From Podarcis bocagei (taxonomy: Eukaryota), in NCBI GenBank assembly GCA_964188305.1, contig OZ076886.1: DNA of 64,000 nucleotides. One strand, written 5' to 3'. The notes beneath the pieces were generated by a model. That model saw only the letters and a list, made by a program, of their open reading frames with translations, had not been told where the DNA came from and did not search any database. The translations under genes and the position numbers were made by a program. Below are positions 1-11,345 of the stretch, one piece after another (the first letter of the stretch is position 1; every line of letters begins with the position of its first letter).

Positions 1-678
1 TTTCACCTGCCCAGAGTGTTGTTGGATTTCTGGATTGAAGGATGGTGGCTAACTTGGGCTTTGCAAGATCCCTGCATTGAAGTGTCAGGAACAGCTGCAC
101 TCTGCCCCATGTGGTGAACCACATTGCTGAAGCCTCTCAGAACTAGACTGGTTCTAACCACCCAGGTTGTTCACTAACTCCTCCAGTGCAAGAAAGAGTT
201 ATAGGAGGGTCCCCTGGCTCATTGGCTAGTTTTGCTGTGAGCTATTTTTCTGAGTCATGCAGAGTGACACAGCGGTTTCACCCTCAAAGCCCTAGTGATG
301 AAGTAGACTCCAGACACAAGACTTTGACGATGACTCTTTACTTGCAGGATGGCAACTATTTTAGCAAGGAGTATTATTTATGCAATACAATGCATTTCTC
401 TCCCTTGAGCCCAAGAGAGGGTCTTCTTGCTTCCAAAACTCCTTCGCAGCACTGCATAAGTTATCAGTCCATGGCTTGCCTGCCCTCTCCAACTCCTCCA
501 GACACAGCATCTGCTTGACATTTCCACACTCCCATGTTGGCAAGATAACCAGCCAACTTTCAACTCCCACTCCTATCTAAGTCACGCACACACACTTTTA
601 AAGGGAGTTAACAAATTAACAAGGCAATGGCTCACCATTTCTGTGACCTTAATTGGAGTCTCAAGATTTTGCAGCTGT

Positions 679-729
679 TTACATTACATTACATTACATT
701 ACATTACATTACATTACATTACATTACAT
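679..729. repeat. (TTACA)n microsatellite, ~10 copies
   Basis: Perfect pentamer run. Confidence 0.95.
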
Positions 730-1327
730 ATGCTTTCTTTTCCCCCATACAATTTATTCTTTATAAAATACCTTTTCTAACAAATAAGGTACAAATACTA
801 ACATTTGCTTGAGCAACAAGCCCTAATTTAGCTCTGGTATGTCTTATACATCTATAACCTTGCTCTTGAGTTCTGCTCTTTGTTTTTTGACTCCTAGTTC
901 TTGGCTCCAGACTGGTGCCCATGGCCTGAGCCTGACCCAAAAGGGCTTCCATGCTTTGTCCTTCTTGTGGGCTTCCTGAAGGCCAATCTAGCCAGTCACA
1001 GATGGAAGCAGGATGCTGAATAAGACAGACCCTTGATCTGATCCAACAGCTGGGCTCTTCCTGTATTCTGACAGGGTGGAGACAATGTGCATCGCATCAT
1101 AACTCAGATGCAGCACAGTGTGGACAGAGAAATCAGGGCAGTATGCACTGACCCACCCCCTTTTTTGCAAAATGTCTGCATGCACACTATACCTTTAAAG
1201 CACATCCGCTCCTCCCCCCAAAAAGAATCCTGGGAACTGTTGTTTGTTCAGGGTACTGGGAATCATAGGTCTGTGGAAGGTAAACTACTGTTCATAGGAT
1301 TCTTTGGGCAAAACTATGTGTGTACAC

Positions 1328-1684
1328 GGGACGCTGGTGGCACTGTGGCTTAAACCACAGAGCCTAGGACTTGCCGATCAGAAGGTCGGTGGTTCAAATC
1401 CCAGTGACAGGGTGAGCTCCCGTTGCTCAGTCCCTGCGCCTGCCAACCTAGCAGTTTGAAAGCATGTCAAAGTGCAAGTAGATGAATAGGTACCGCTCCG
1501 GCAGGAAGGTAAACGGCGTTTCTGTGCGCTGCTCTGGTTCGCCAGAAGCGGCTTAGTCATGATGGGCAACTTGACCCGGAAGCTGTACGCCGGCTCCCTC
1601 GGCCATTAAAGTGAGATGAGCGCCGCAACCCCAGAGTCAGTAATGACTGGACCTAATGGTCAGGGGTCCCTTCACCTTTATCTT
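1328..1684 (+). mobile_element. Sauria-type SINE, full length
   Basis: tRNA-like head with B box GGTTCAAATCC; (ACCTTT)-like tail; 13-bp TSD TATGTGTGTACAC at 1315-1327 and 1685-1697; second copy at 33764. Confidence 0.92.
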
Positions 1685-2241
1685 TATGTGTGTACACAGC
1701 CTAAAATCACAACCAGGTGTTTGGGGAGGGGGGGAAAGAGGGGACCAGAATCCAGTGCTGAGATCCTGTGAGCGTTGTTTTCATATATAACGAAGCATAT
1801 ATTCAGATGTATTCCAATGGCACAATAGGATCTGAATATAACCTTCATGTTATACTGGCTAATTGCCTTTTCTGCATTTGGTTTTTAGCTTCCTCTGACA
1901 AAGAATTACAGTCAAAACGTGTTAGGCATAACGAGAATGCTTTCAGAAATAAACCGTGTTATTTCTTCAGCATTTTGTGAGGCTTGCCCTCGTGTGTTTT
2001 TTTGGGATTGATTCCAGCCTCCCCACCCCCCACCCCAACCTCCATTCCTCCTACCAAACCACTAATTGGCAGGTGTCTAGCTTTTGAAAATGTGCTGCTT
2101 GCATGCAGCTCCAGCTCTTGGGCCAGCAAGCTTAACCCCCTCATGCCACACCCATCCATGCATACAGCTGCTCACCCAACATTGTGAGCACATCTGGGAG
2201 CCTGCCTTCCATGCACAGGCAGCCCCTTCCTGGATCAGAGC

Positions 2242-2464
2242 TGTTGCTGTTTAGTTGTTTAGTCCTGTCCGACTCTTCATGACCCCATGGACCAGAGCAT
2301 GCCAAGCACTCTTAACTTCCACTGCCTCCCGCAGTTTGGTCAAACTCATGCTGGTAGCTTCGAGAACACTGTCCAACCATCTCGTCCTCTGTCGTCCCCT
2401 TCTCCTTGTGCCCTCCATCTTTCCCAACTCCAGGGTCTTTTCCAGGGAGTCTTCTCTTCTCATG
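2242..2464 (-). mobile_element. BovB (RTE) LINE 3' fragment
   Basis: Translates to MRREDSLEKTLELGKMEGTRRRGRQRTRWLDSV (BovB C-terminus); degenerate (CAA)n tail; matches 46089-46491. Confidence 0.9.
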
Positions 2465-2465
2465 T

Positions 2466-2529
2466 GTTAGCGGAGTCTGTAACCTGAAGCATATGTAACC
2501 TGAAGTGCCTGTAACCCGAGGTACCACTG
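2466..2529 (+). mobile_element. Truncated right end of MITE family A abutting the BovB fragment
   Basis: ...GTAACCCGAGGTACCACTG followed by TA; left part absent. Confidence 0.85.
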
Positions 2530-5500
2530 TAATAAGATTAAGAAGATGCAAATGATGCCCAAGATTCCAGTAAATGGCCACACCATCTTTCCGCACAAAC
2601 ACTAATCTCCCTGTCTGGGGGAGAGTGGTGGTGTTCTTCAGTGCTGCTGAATAATACAGGTGATGCCAGAAGCTTGGCATTTGGCACATCTAGGCTTTGA
2701 AGAAGATGAAAGCTCCTTTTACTCTTAATTTTCATTTTGATTGTTGGCTGCTTTATAACATCACGAGATGACCAAACTGTGTGTCAAATACATTCAGAAC
2801 TGCTGTGATGTGAGGCAGAAAAATCTCGAGCACCTTATTCCCACCCCCCACCCCCACCCCGGAAATATTTCTGTTTCATAAGTGCATTAGTAATAATAAA
2901 TGGATGCCAACTGCAATATTAGGCAAGCTTGGCAATTTCAAAGTTTGTTTATTAAATGCAAGTAAAACAAACATGCTTCAATTAGCTCACTCTTCTCAGG
3001 CATCAGAAAAATTTCACATGCAAACTGAAAATTTCCGGATGCAAATCATCCCACGTCACTTTAATTTCCATAAGATTTTCCCCTGGAAGTTTTCCTCCTA
3101 GTTCAGAATTTTCTCAAAAACCCCACCACTGGTGCAGTATGCAAACAAGACATTGGGGAGAACTTCATTGGCATGTCATCTGTGTTTACATGGGATGGAC
3201 TCCACGATTTCTACCACTACTAAATCATTTTCAAGATGGAGCCAGGTGGTGAATGGTATAAATGCAGTTCTCTTCCATATGTTTTAGACTTTGATGAGAA
3301 GCACAGAACCGCTATTGGCTGGAAGATGACATTTGATACAAATGCAAGGCAACATTCACTAGAAGAACATTGGTACATATGCCTCGCCAGGTGAAATGAT
3401 TCAGAAGAATAGAATAATGTCTCACAATTGCATTTTTAGGTCTTCACAGTGGAAATGAGTGTTATAGCACCTAGACAGCACAAGATAGTAATCCCAGTGA
3501 ACAAAACATACACTTCAAGAAGCACCTATCAAGCTCTCTACTGGATCTGTCAAGAAGTCTCTTGCATTCATTACTTATTCACACAAGAGAGGTGTACTTC
3601 CATGCTTGAATAGAAACAACTCTCTGGAGTTGTTGTCTGTCTGAATGTGAAACAGCCCTCAATCACACCAGACACATACATTCTATTGGCTAGAGTGTTT
3701 TATTTGTGGGGGGAGGGGATAAGACTTGAGAAGCATACCTCTACCCACCATCATATTTGTCTAGATAAATAACTTTTCCCTGCCTCAGCTTGCCTCACAC
3801 ACAATATAGTGATCCCTGGCTAACTTGTGTGATTGACAGGGTTTATGCTTTCTGGAGCATTCATGAAGAGTGTTCTGAAATATATATATATATACAGTAG
3901 AAGGCATTCAGAGTACACAAAATAGTCTCCCCATGGTTCTGATATCAGTCAGATGCTAGCAAAAAGAGAAGGGGGGGAAAGAATGAACCTATTACATTTT
4001 GTCACTAGAATAGCATAAGAGGCATTCAACCCAAATTCCTAATCCAGCCTGGTACAGATATAGCAAAACTGTTTGCTGTAGCTTTTCTGTAGCCTAACAA
4101 ATCTTGGAAGATCATTGGCAAACGTCTGTCTCAGGGGACAATGAAAAGTGCAAAGTTGGAGAGTTACAGTGCCTTTTGTGGCTGAAGAAACATGTTTTAT
4201 TGCAGGTGGGCAGATGAAGTCATTGCAGGTGGGCAGATGAGGTGCACCATGGCGTTACTTCTCTCTACACTCCTCCCACTGGACACTCCTCCTCCAGTTA
4301 CTGCTGTGGATACACAACCTTATTGTCTATTTCCAGGCACTGCAGTCATCATTTCTACTGGGATTATATTGTTAAAGGAGGACCTGCTCATTTACCTTCT
4401 TTTCTTGAGGTTTTCTAGCTTATGCAAAAATCTGAGCTTGTCTTTTAGTTTTGACACTTTGAAGGCATGGCCAATCATATTTCAAAAATCCCCATTCGCT
4501 GCTTCTATCCGCTGGTCACACTGGAATTCTGATAGGGCATCTTCTGAAAAACATGCATTGTGACCAACAGTCCTCTGGGCCTCTGAGCACATTTGGCTGT
4601 CTACCTGGACTGCTTTCAGCTTGCATATGCCACAGTGAAGGTGCCCAGGAAGGAGATAACCAGAATGAATAAGGAACAAGGAAGAACAGTTTTGTTCTAT
4701 TCCTCGCTCACTCCAGTGTCCAAATTCACTGGTTCTGCACTGCTGGACTTCTATGGGAGATGCATATAGGGCTGGAGCTGCGGAAATAACTGAGGTCTGG
4801 GCAAAACTTGCACCTGTTAATCTCAGTTGGAGGGGATGGGACAAGTTCTACTGCCACCTCAACTGTGTGCCCAGTTACAATTCCTTTCAATGACCACATT
4901 AAAAAGAATAAACCATTATCATCAACTTCTTTAGGAGAGAGGAGGAAAAGGTGTAATTTGGGACATTACTAAGGTGAGTGGAAGACCTTTCCCTCGTTTT
5001 ACATAGCTGTAACTCCAGAACCACTGCAGGGAGGGCAGCTTTTTACCACGTTTTAACTATACACTAAATAAATGCACCCCCTTTACTTTGTCTCTCCTAC
5101 ATCTGCGGGAGAGAGTAAATATAACCTGTCACACTGCCCGTCATTTCTCTCATTAAGAACAAACATAAGGTTCTGGTGGAATTGTGTTCTTTTCTTTTTT
5201 AAGGTCTTGCACTCTTGGATGCTCGCAGTCTACAATTTTGTTATGTTCTGGACCATCAAGAGTGCCTTTGTTCTCCAGTTACATTCATCTTAAAATAGCC
5301 ATCTGAAAGCCTCTCTCCCGTCCTGGAACAATCCCAGACCTCCTTGGAAAGCCCACTTGCTGCATTGTCCAACTCTGCTACTGTGATTGTATTGTTAGCG
5401 GCCAATACTTGGTTGGGCTTTGATTCCTAATTCCTGCCCTTGGCCGCATGAGCTGATGTTTCAGCTCCATCTGTTCTACACATTCTGGTAACGTATATGC

Positions 5501-5949
5501 ATTGCAAAGCCTTTCGAGCAATTTGGGATTCTCTTGTCACCTGAAGAAAGAAAGATTATTTTCAGATATGAACAGTCTGCAGGAAGCGGCAGATCCCTGC
5601 AAGATCAAGGAATATTGAACAGCAGGGCAAAGGGATGGCTTACAGACCACTCTGAGAAGTAGAGAAGAGATCAAAAGGGAGCATTAACATATGTAAGGAG
5701 ATGACCAAGGATTCTGACCCGCCCACAACCACTCTTGGACCTTTCATGCAATTTATATTTAAGATCTGTATCTTTTTCATGCAAAGAAACCCTATGTCAT
5801 TAAGAGCTGTATAATAGGCAGAAAACATTGCGCAGGTTTCCCATCACTGCATCTCCAGTTGGGGGGTTTACCTGTTGTATATCTGCCTGTTATGCAGCTG
5901 TTAAGGGCACATGCCTTCTGTTTAAATGAAAGAGGCTTATCTTTGGCTA

Positions 5950-6208
5950 CCGTATTTTTCGCTCTATAAGACGCACCAGACCACAAGACGCACCTAGTTT
6001 TTGGAAGAGGAAAACAAGTAAAAAAATATTCTGAATCTCAGAAGCCAGAACAGCAAGAGGGATTGCTGCGCAGTGAAAGCAGCAATCCCTCTTGCTGTTC
6101 TGGCTTCTGGGATAGCTGCGCAGCCTGCATTTGCTCCATAAGACGCACACACATTTCCCCTTACTTTTTAAGAGGGAAAAAGTGAGTCTTATAGAGCAAA
6201 AAATACAG
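5950..6208. mobile_element. Tc1/mariner (Tc2-like) MITE family B with internal hairpin
   Basis: TIR CCGTATTTTTCGCTCTATAAGAC; TA TSD; internal inverted repeat AGAAGCCAGAACAGCAAGAGGGATTGCT. Confidence 0.9.
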
Positions 6209-6375
6209 TAATTATCATACTGTCAAGTATCCACTGATTTAAACTTTTAATATGAAAGCCCCATGCATGAGCCTAGTGTTGCAAAAGCTGTCCCTAGGAG
6301 TTCTACACGGCACCAAAGCCCTGTCCCCATACAGCCTGCTTCTGAAGATTTCGCCAGACATTGCTCTCCCTGTCC

Positions 6376-6568
6376 CATTGGAGCCAATTCCTGAGGGCCA
6401 AGGTCCCTTCAGCCCCCCAACTCCACCCCGATAAAATATTTGAGGGGGCTGCCTGCCAAAGTTGATGGGCATTGCCACTCAAATGTGTGCGCCACATCAT
6501 GTGATAGATATGTGGGGTGGAGCTTACCTGCACCCTCCCAATATATTATTCAAGTTGGCACCCCTACG
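6376..6568. repeat. Dispersed repeat, probably a hAT-type MITE; second copy near 48030-48190
   Basis: Shared block TAAAATATTTGAGGGGG...AAAGTTGATGGGCATTGCCA.TCAAAT; imperfect terminal inverted ends. Confidence 0.65.
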
Positions 6569-7633
6569 GCCTGTCCTGTTCAGTTCTTCATGCTTCCAAG
6601 CCTGTCTCTGCAGCTGGAACAACAGTGGGAAAAAGGAAGCCACAGCCTCATATCAACCCCGGGAAGCAGTATCTTGCTGGTGAGGGCTGATGGGAATTTT
6701 CACCCAAAACAATTGGGAGGGCACCAGGTTGGGGAAGCCTGCATTCCATCTCACACCCCACAACATCATATGCATTGTAACTGGCAATGCGCATCTGCTT
6801 CAAACGCTGTCGGGCCTGCACAGGAAGAAACCAAATCCCAGCCCTTTCAGCCTCAGCGAATGGTGTGGGGTCCCACGGCCCTCGGTACGGGGCCAGCTCC
6901 GGCCCCTTCACACATCCTTCAGTGACACCATTGGCTCCACAGACCACGCAGTGCAGCCCTTCATCACCCCCCCCAATGTTTGAGAGTGCCTCTCCCCAGC
7001 CTAGTACCTCATATCTCAGGAGCTCAATAAACATGTGTTGCCATAGCAACCAGTTCCGGCTGTGCTCACCGGTGGTGGACTTCTCCCACTAATGAGATGA
7101 AACAAGAGACGTGCTCTCCACTAGAGCAGGAAGGAAATGTTTGGCTTGGGAACCTGTTGCAAGGGGTGGGGGGGGGGAGAGAGGCTGTTCTACAACCAAG
7201 CCAGATATACGTGTGTGTCTTCCACTATTTTCAACAAGTCAGGGCAAACATTAATAAACTGTCGCAGTTGATAAGAAAGAGGGGATACTCACATTTTACA
7301 TGCCTAATACAGCAAATAGCTTACTCTATATTAAACATAAACCAAGATGTTTTGATGCATGAAGCAAAACATTGATCGATGCCCCCTCCCCAAAGGGAAG
7401 GTGCACCATAGGCAAGGCAGGCCATGTTATGTTGGCAGCTGAGAAAATCTCGCAAATGCTTCTCCCTGGGAGTAAAAAATAAAAAATAAAAACACAATTC
7501 AGGATAATAAATTAAATGCCAATCTGCTGCCTTTGGGTGACACGCAAGATCAGCTGCTGCGACCTCACTCTACTTACCAGATTTGGTCGCTGGGCAGTTT
7601 AATATAACACTCAAGAAGCAGCCTTTTTAGGCC

Positions 7634-7900
7634 TAATAATAATAATAATAACAATAATAATAATAATTTATTTCCAGCCACCCACCCATCTGGCTGGGTT
7701 GCCCCAGCCACTCTGGGCGGCTTCCAACAAAGATTAAAAATATATTAAAATGTCACACATTAAAAACTTCCCTGAACAGGGCTGCCTTCAGATGTTTTCT
7801 AAATGTCAGGTAGTAGTTTATCTCTTTGACATCTGATGGGGGGGGGGTGTTCCACAGGGCGGGCACCACTACTGAGAAGGCCCTCTGCCTGGTTCCCTGT
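7634..7900 (-). mobile_element. L2-type LINE 3' fragment with (TTA)n tail
   Basis: Translates to RAFSVVVPALWN..P...FRKHLKAALF, a typical L2 ORF2 end; homologous to 24036-24287. Confidence 0.85.
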
Positions 7901-7930
7901 AGGGTTCCCAACATGCCTTGCAGCACCTTG

Positions 7931-8179
7931 AGAAGAAGAGTTTTTTGGATTTGATATCCCGCTTTATCACTACCTGAAGGAGTCTCAAAGTGGCTAACAT
8001 TCTCCTTTCCCTTCCTCCCCCACAACAAACACTCTGTGAGGTGAGTGGGGCTGAGAGACTTCAAGGAAGTGTGACTAGCCCAAGGTCACACAGCAGCTGC
8101 ATGTGGAGGAGCGGAGACTCGAACCCGGTTCACCAGATTACAAGTCTACCACTCTTAACCACTACACCACACTGGCTCT
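7931..8179 (-). mobile_element. MIR/CORE-like tRNA-derived SINE
   Basis: Minus strand has A box TGGTGTAGTGG and B box GGTTCGAGTC, followed by a GTGACCTTGGGC core motif. Confidence 0.8.
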
Positions 8180-8246
8180 TGACCACACAAATTATTAAAC
8201 TGCCTCTGGGGCAGATGCTAGGAAACCTGTTATTGGACAGCAAGGC

Positions 8247-8416
8247 NNNNNNNNNNNNNNNNNNNNNNNNNNNNNNNNNNNNNNNNNNNNNNNNNNNNNN
8301 NNNNNNNNNNNNNNNNNNNNNNNNNNNNNNNNNNNNNNNNNNNNNNNNNNNNNNNNNNNNNNNNNNNNNNNNNNNNNNNNNNNNNNNNNNNNNNNNNNNN
8401 NNNNNNNNNNNNNNNN
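8247..8416. other. Assembly gap (170 N)
   Basis: Run of N. Confidence 1.
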
Positions 8417-11115
8417 GGTTTTGGGTGGACCTTAGGCAGACCTTGGTTAAGACCCTCTCAGTGGGCCCCACTCCCTGAGTGGGATCACATCTTCTTCATG
8501 GTCATTGCTATGCCCATGTGGTTGTCTCAGTCAGCACCACCTTCCAGACAGAAAGACAGAGAACATGGAGTGTGCAAGTTACTCCCCTTCTTGCTCCTCT
8601 GCCTCTCACCAAAAGAGGATAGGTGAACAAGGCAGCAATGAGAAGGAGCAAAAAAAGCCAGGAAGTTCCTGGGATTGGCAGTGGCTATCTGTGCAGGTCT
8701 TGAAAGTCCTGCCAGCTCCTGAAACCAGGCCTGGTAATAATATTCAAGGCTATACTTTTTATTTTATTTTGTGAAAGGAAAAAAAAAGCTTTCCATAGCT
8801 GCAAATGGAGTATTTCCTAACACCACGACAAAAAATGCACATATAATCAAGCTCTAATGCATGGTTTGGTGTAAGATGTAAGGAGAAACTGTTTAAATTA
8901 AAACCTATGAGTAGGTATCTGCCAGCCCAGTAGAGTTCAGTTTCTATCACCAACATGCTCTTGCAGACAAAATAAGAATGTAGACTATGCCCACTGAGAC
9001 TGAACTATAATGGTAATATAAACGCATTAGCAAATCTTTGCCACCTTGGCAATTCCTTGCTGCTGCTGAGGTTCTCTGTAAAAACAGGTTGTAATCTATC
9101 CTACTTTCATGTGGTAAAATGGGTACAGTAAAAAATAGGCAAAGGAGAGAACAGCCAGGCTCTCCTCCTCTGGATTTAGTAGCCACTAAATCCTGTTCGC
9201 CCTCAATCCCAATGCCTGATTCCTGGTTGTCAGTCTCTGACAGTGTACAACTCTAAACGTGTTTAGAAGCCTGAGCTCAATCCTAATCTCAATGGCCAGG
9301 GTGTAAACACTATTCAATAGGACCAACTTCTGAGTAGACATGGCTAGGATTGCACTGTAACTTCCTAAGTGTGTTTAGGATTACAAGCTTTTTTTCTGAG
9401 ACATTTGGCTTTGGAAGGGACATGCTTAAATCTAAACAATATAACCACCATGCAAAAAATGCCAAGGTAGGCAACCTAATAATAGTTGACATTTCAAGAA
9501 TGTTCAAATGCAGCAACAGTATTTGAGTAGCGCATCTGCCTTAGTGAATCTATTCCAGTGTGAATCTATACCCATTGCAAACTGCAACAGTCTTAGGGTG
9601 CCTAAGCGCCTCATTCACACTTGGTTATTTATTCCCTTGTCATGTGTTACTTTGTAATTTTAAATTATCCTTCCTTTGTTGTACTTCAATATTTGTGTAG
9701 CTTTTAATACAATAAAGGAAACATTAGGTCACCATGTATTAAAATAATCTAGGATCTCATATAATCATGTAATGAATAACATCATCACGAATCTTTGGAT
9801 GGGCTAGAGGTAAAAAGAAACAAACAAAAAGCAAGGCATTCGCGTATGAAAATTCAGAACGGAATCAAAAATATGGATCTGAATTTGCAATTTATAAGTG
9901 CAGATGTCATTTTAAATGTAATCGCATCCTATAACAGCAACTGCCAAAAGCTAGAAGCAAACCCCAGGGGAATGGATCGCTTGACCATATGACTGAAAGC
10001 ATTGATCAATGCAATTAATTAATTGGTTTATCACAGCTCAGAGGTGCTGCGTTGTAGATGGATTTTAATCAGGCCCATTCCCTATGGAAGGCTTTCAGCG
10101 CTGATGGCATGAATACAAGCACATCCCTTGATTAGAGCTATATATTCCTTCCAGAAGACACAAGCTATGCTCTTGCACCAATATCAAAGGAGCTTGTGCC
10201 AGCAACTCCTGGCAGTAAGAGCAACTTTTTAAAAGTGTTATGAACTAGAAATAGAAAAATCCAGGGATGCAGCATAGCTAATTGTATTCTTAGTACAGGG
10301 GAAAACACTGAGCTATTTTTAACAGTTTCACAATTTCCTACATGCCACGTTGTGCAATGTTTCCTGGGATGAAGTGTGACCTCTTGATCGTCTTTGGACT
10401 GTGGTGCTCTCCCTCACTCCTACATTGCAACACAACCATATTCTGCAATACCATTCACAGGCAGGTGGTGGCTCCCAAGCTGTGTTGCTATTAACTTGGC
10501 CGCAACTGCATTTCAAACCCCTTGGGTAAGGCTTTTGCAGCTGTGGGGTCAGAACAGGCTGGGGAAAGGGTTACAGTCAAACAGCATATTGCTGAAACGT
10601 CCAACTGTCTCCAGTTGGCACTGTAGCCCTGGGAGTCCAGCGCTGCTATTTACACTCTTAGCACAGAGGGAACATTGGTGCAATCCATCTGGTTGATACA
10701 CTGGAATGTCTCTCCCTAAAGATAAGTCAGAAATGCAACTCAGATCGAACACCGGGACCCATTGATATGATTTAAGAGAAGTCCCTGTGTTTGCTGTGCT
10801 ATGAAGCTGCTGCAAACCTAGAAGGGTTAAAACATTCCCAGCTGCCACCGCCCGCACTGAAAACCGAAGATTGTCCAGAGCAAAAAGAACTGCACATCTG
10901 CATGCCTCCCACAGTCTCTTGGCCTCGTTCCAAAGGGACTGTGGTAGCTGTGCACACACAGCCAGTTACTATCACTTGTTGCAGAATAACGTTAATTGTT
11001 AACAGACAATCTGACTGGCCGTTGAAACTGAAACGGCTTCAATAAGTTTCTCAGCTGTGCCTACATCTTAGGTAAGTCATCGTCACCCATATGCACGAAG
11101 CCACCTACCAAACTA

Positions 11116-11345
11116 CAGTGGTACCTCGGGTTAAGTACTTAATTCGTTACAGAGGTCTGTTCTTAACCTGAAACTGTTCTTAACCTGAAGCACCACTTTA
11201 GCTAATGGGGCCTCCCACTGCAGCTGCGCCGCCAGAGCACATTTCTGTTTCATCCTGAAGCAAAGTTCTTAACCCGAGGTACTATTTCTGGTCTGTAACC
11301 TGAAGCATATGCAACCTGAAGCGTATGTAACCTGAGGTACCACTG
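11116..11345 (+). mobile_element. Tc1/mariner MITE family A
   Basis: TIR CAGTGGTACCTC(G/A)GGTTA; TA on both flanks; six full copies in the window. Confidence 0.92.

Noticed and set aside
4190-5560. ORFs of ~120 aa and a minus-strand acceptor-like signal near 5550, suggesting a gene or pseudogene
   Set aside because: No recognisable protein similarity and no consistent exon chain; no ENPP7-like or other neighbour exons were identified
7990-8478. ORFs spanning the N run
   Set aside because: Artefacts of the assembly gap and a SINE
11024-11034. ISRE-like GAAACTGAAAC
   Set aside because: A single short motif far from any promoter; chance occurrence is plausible
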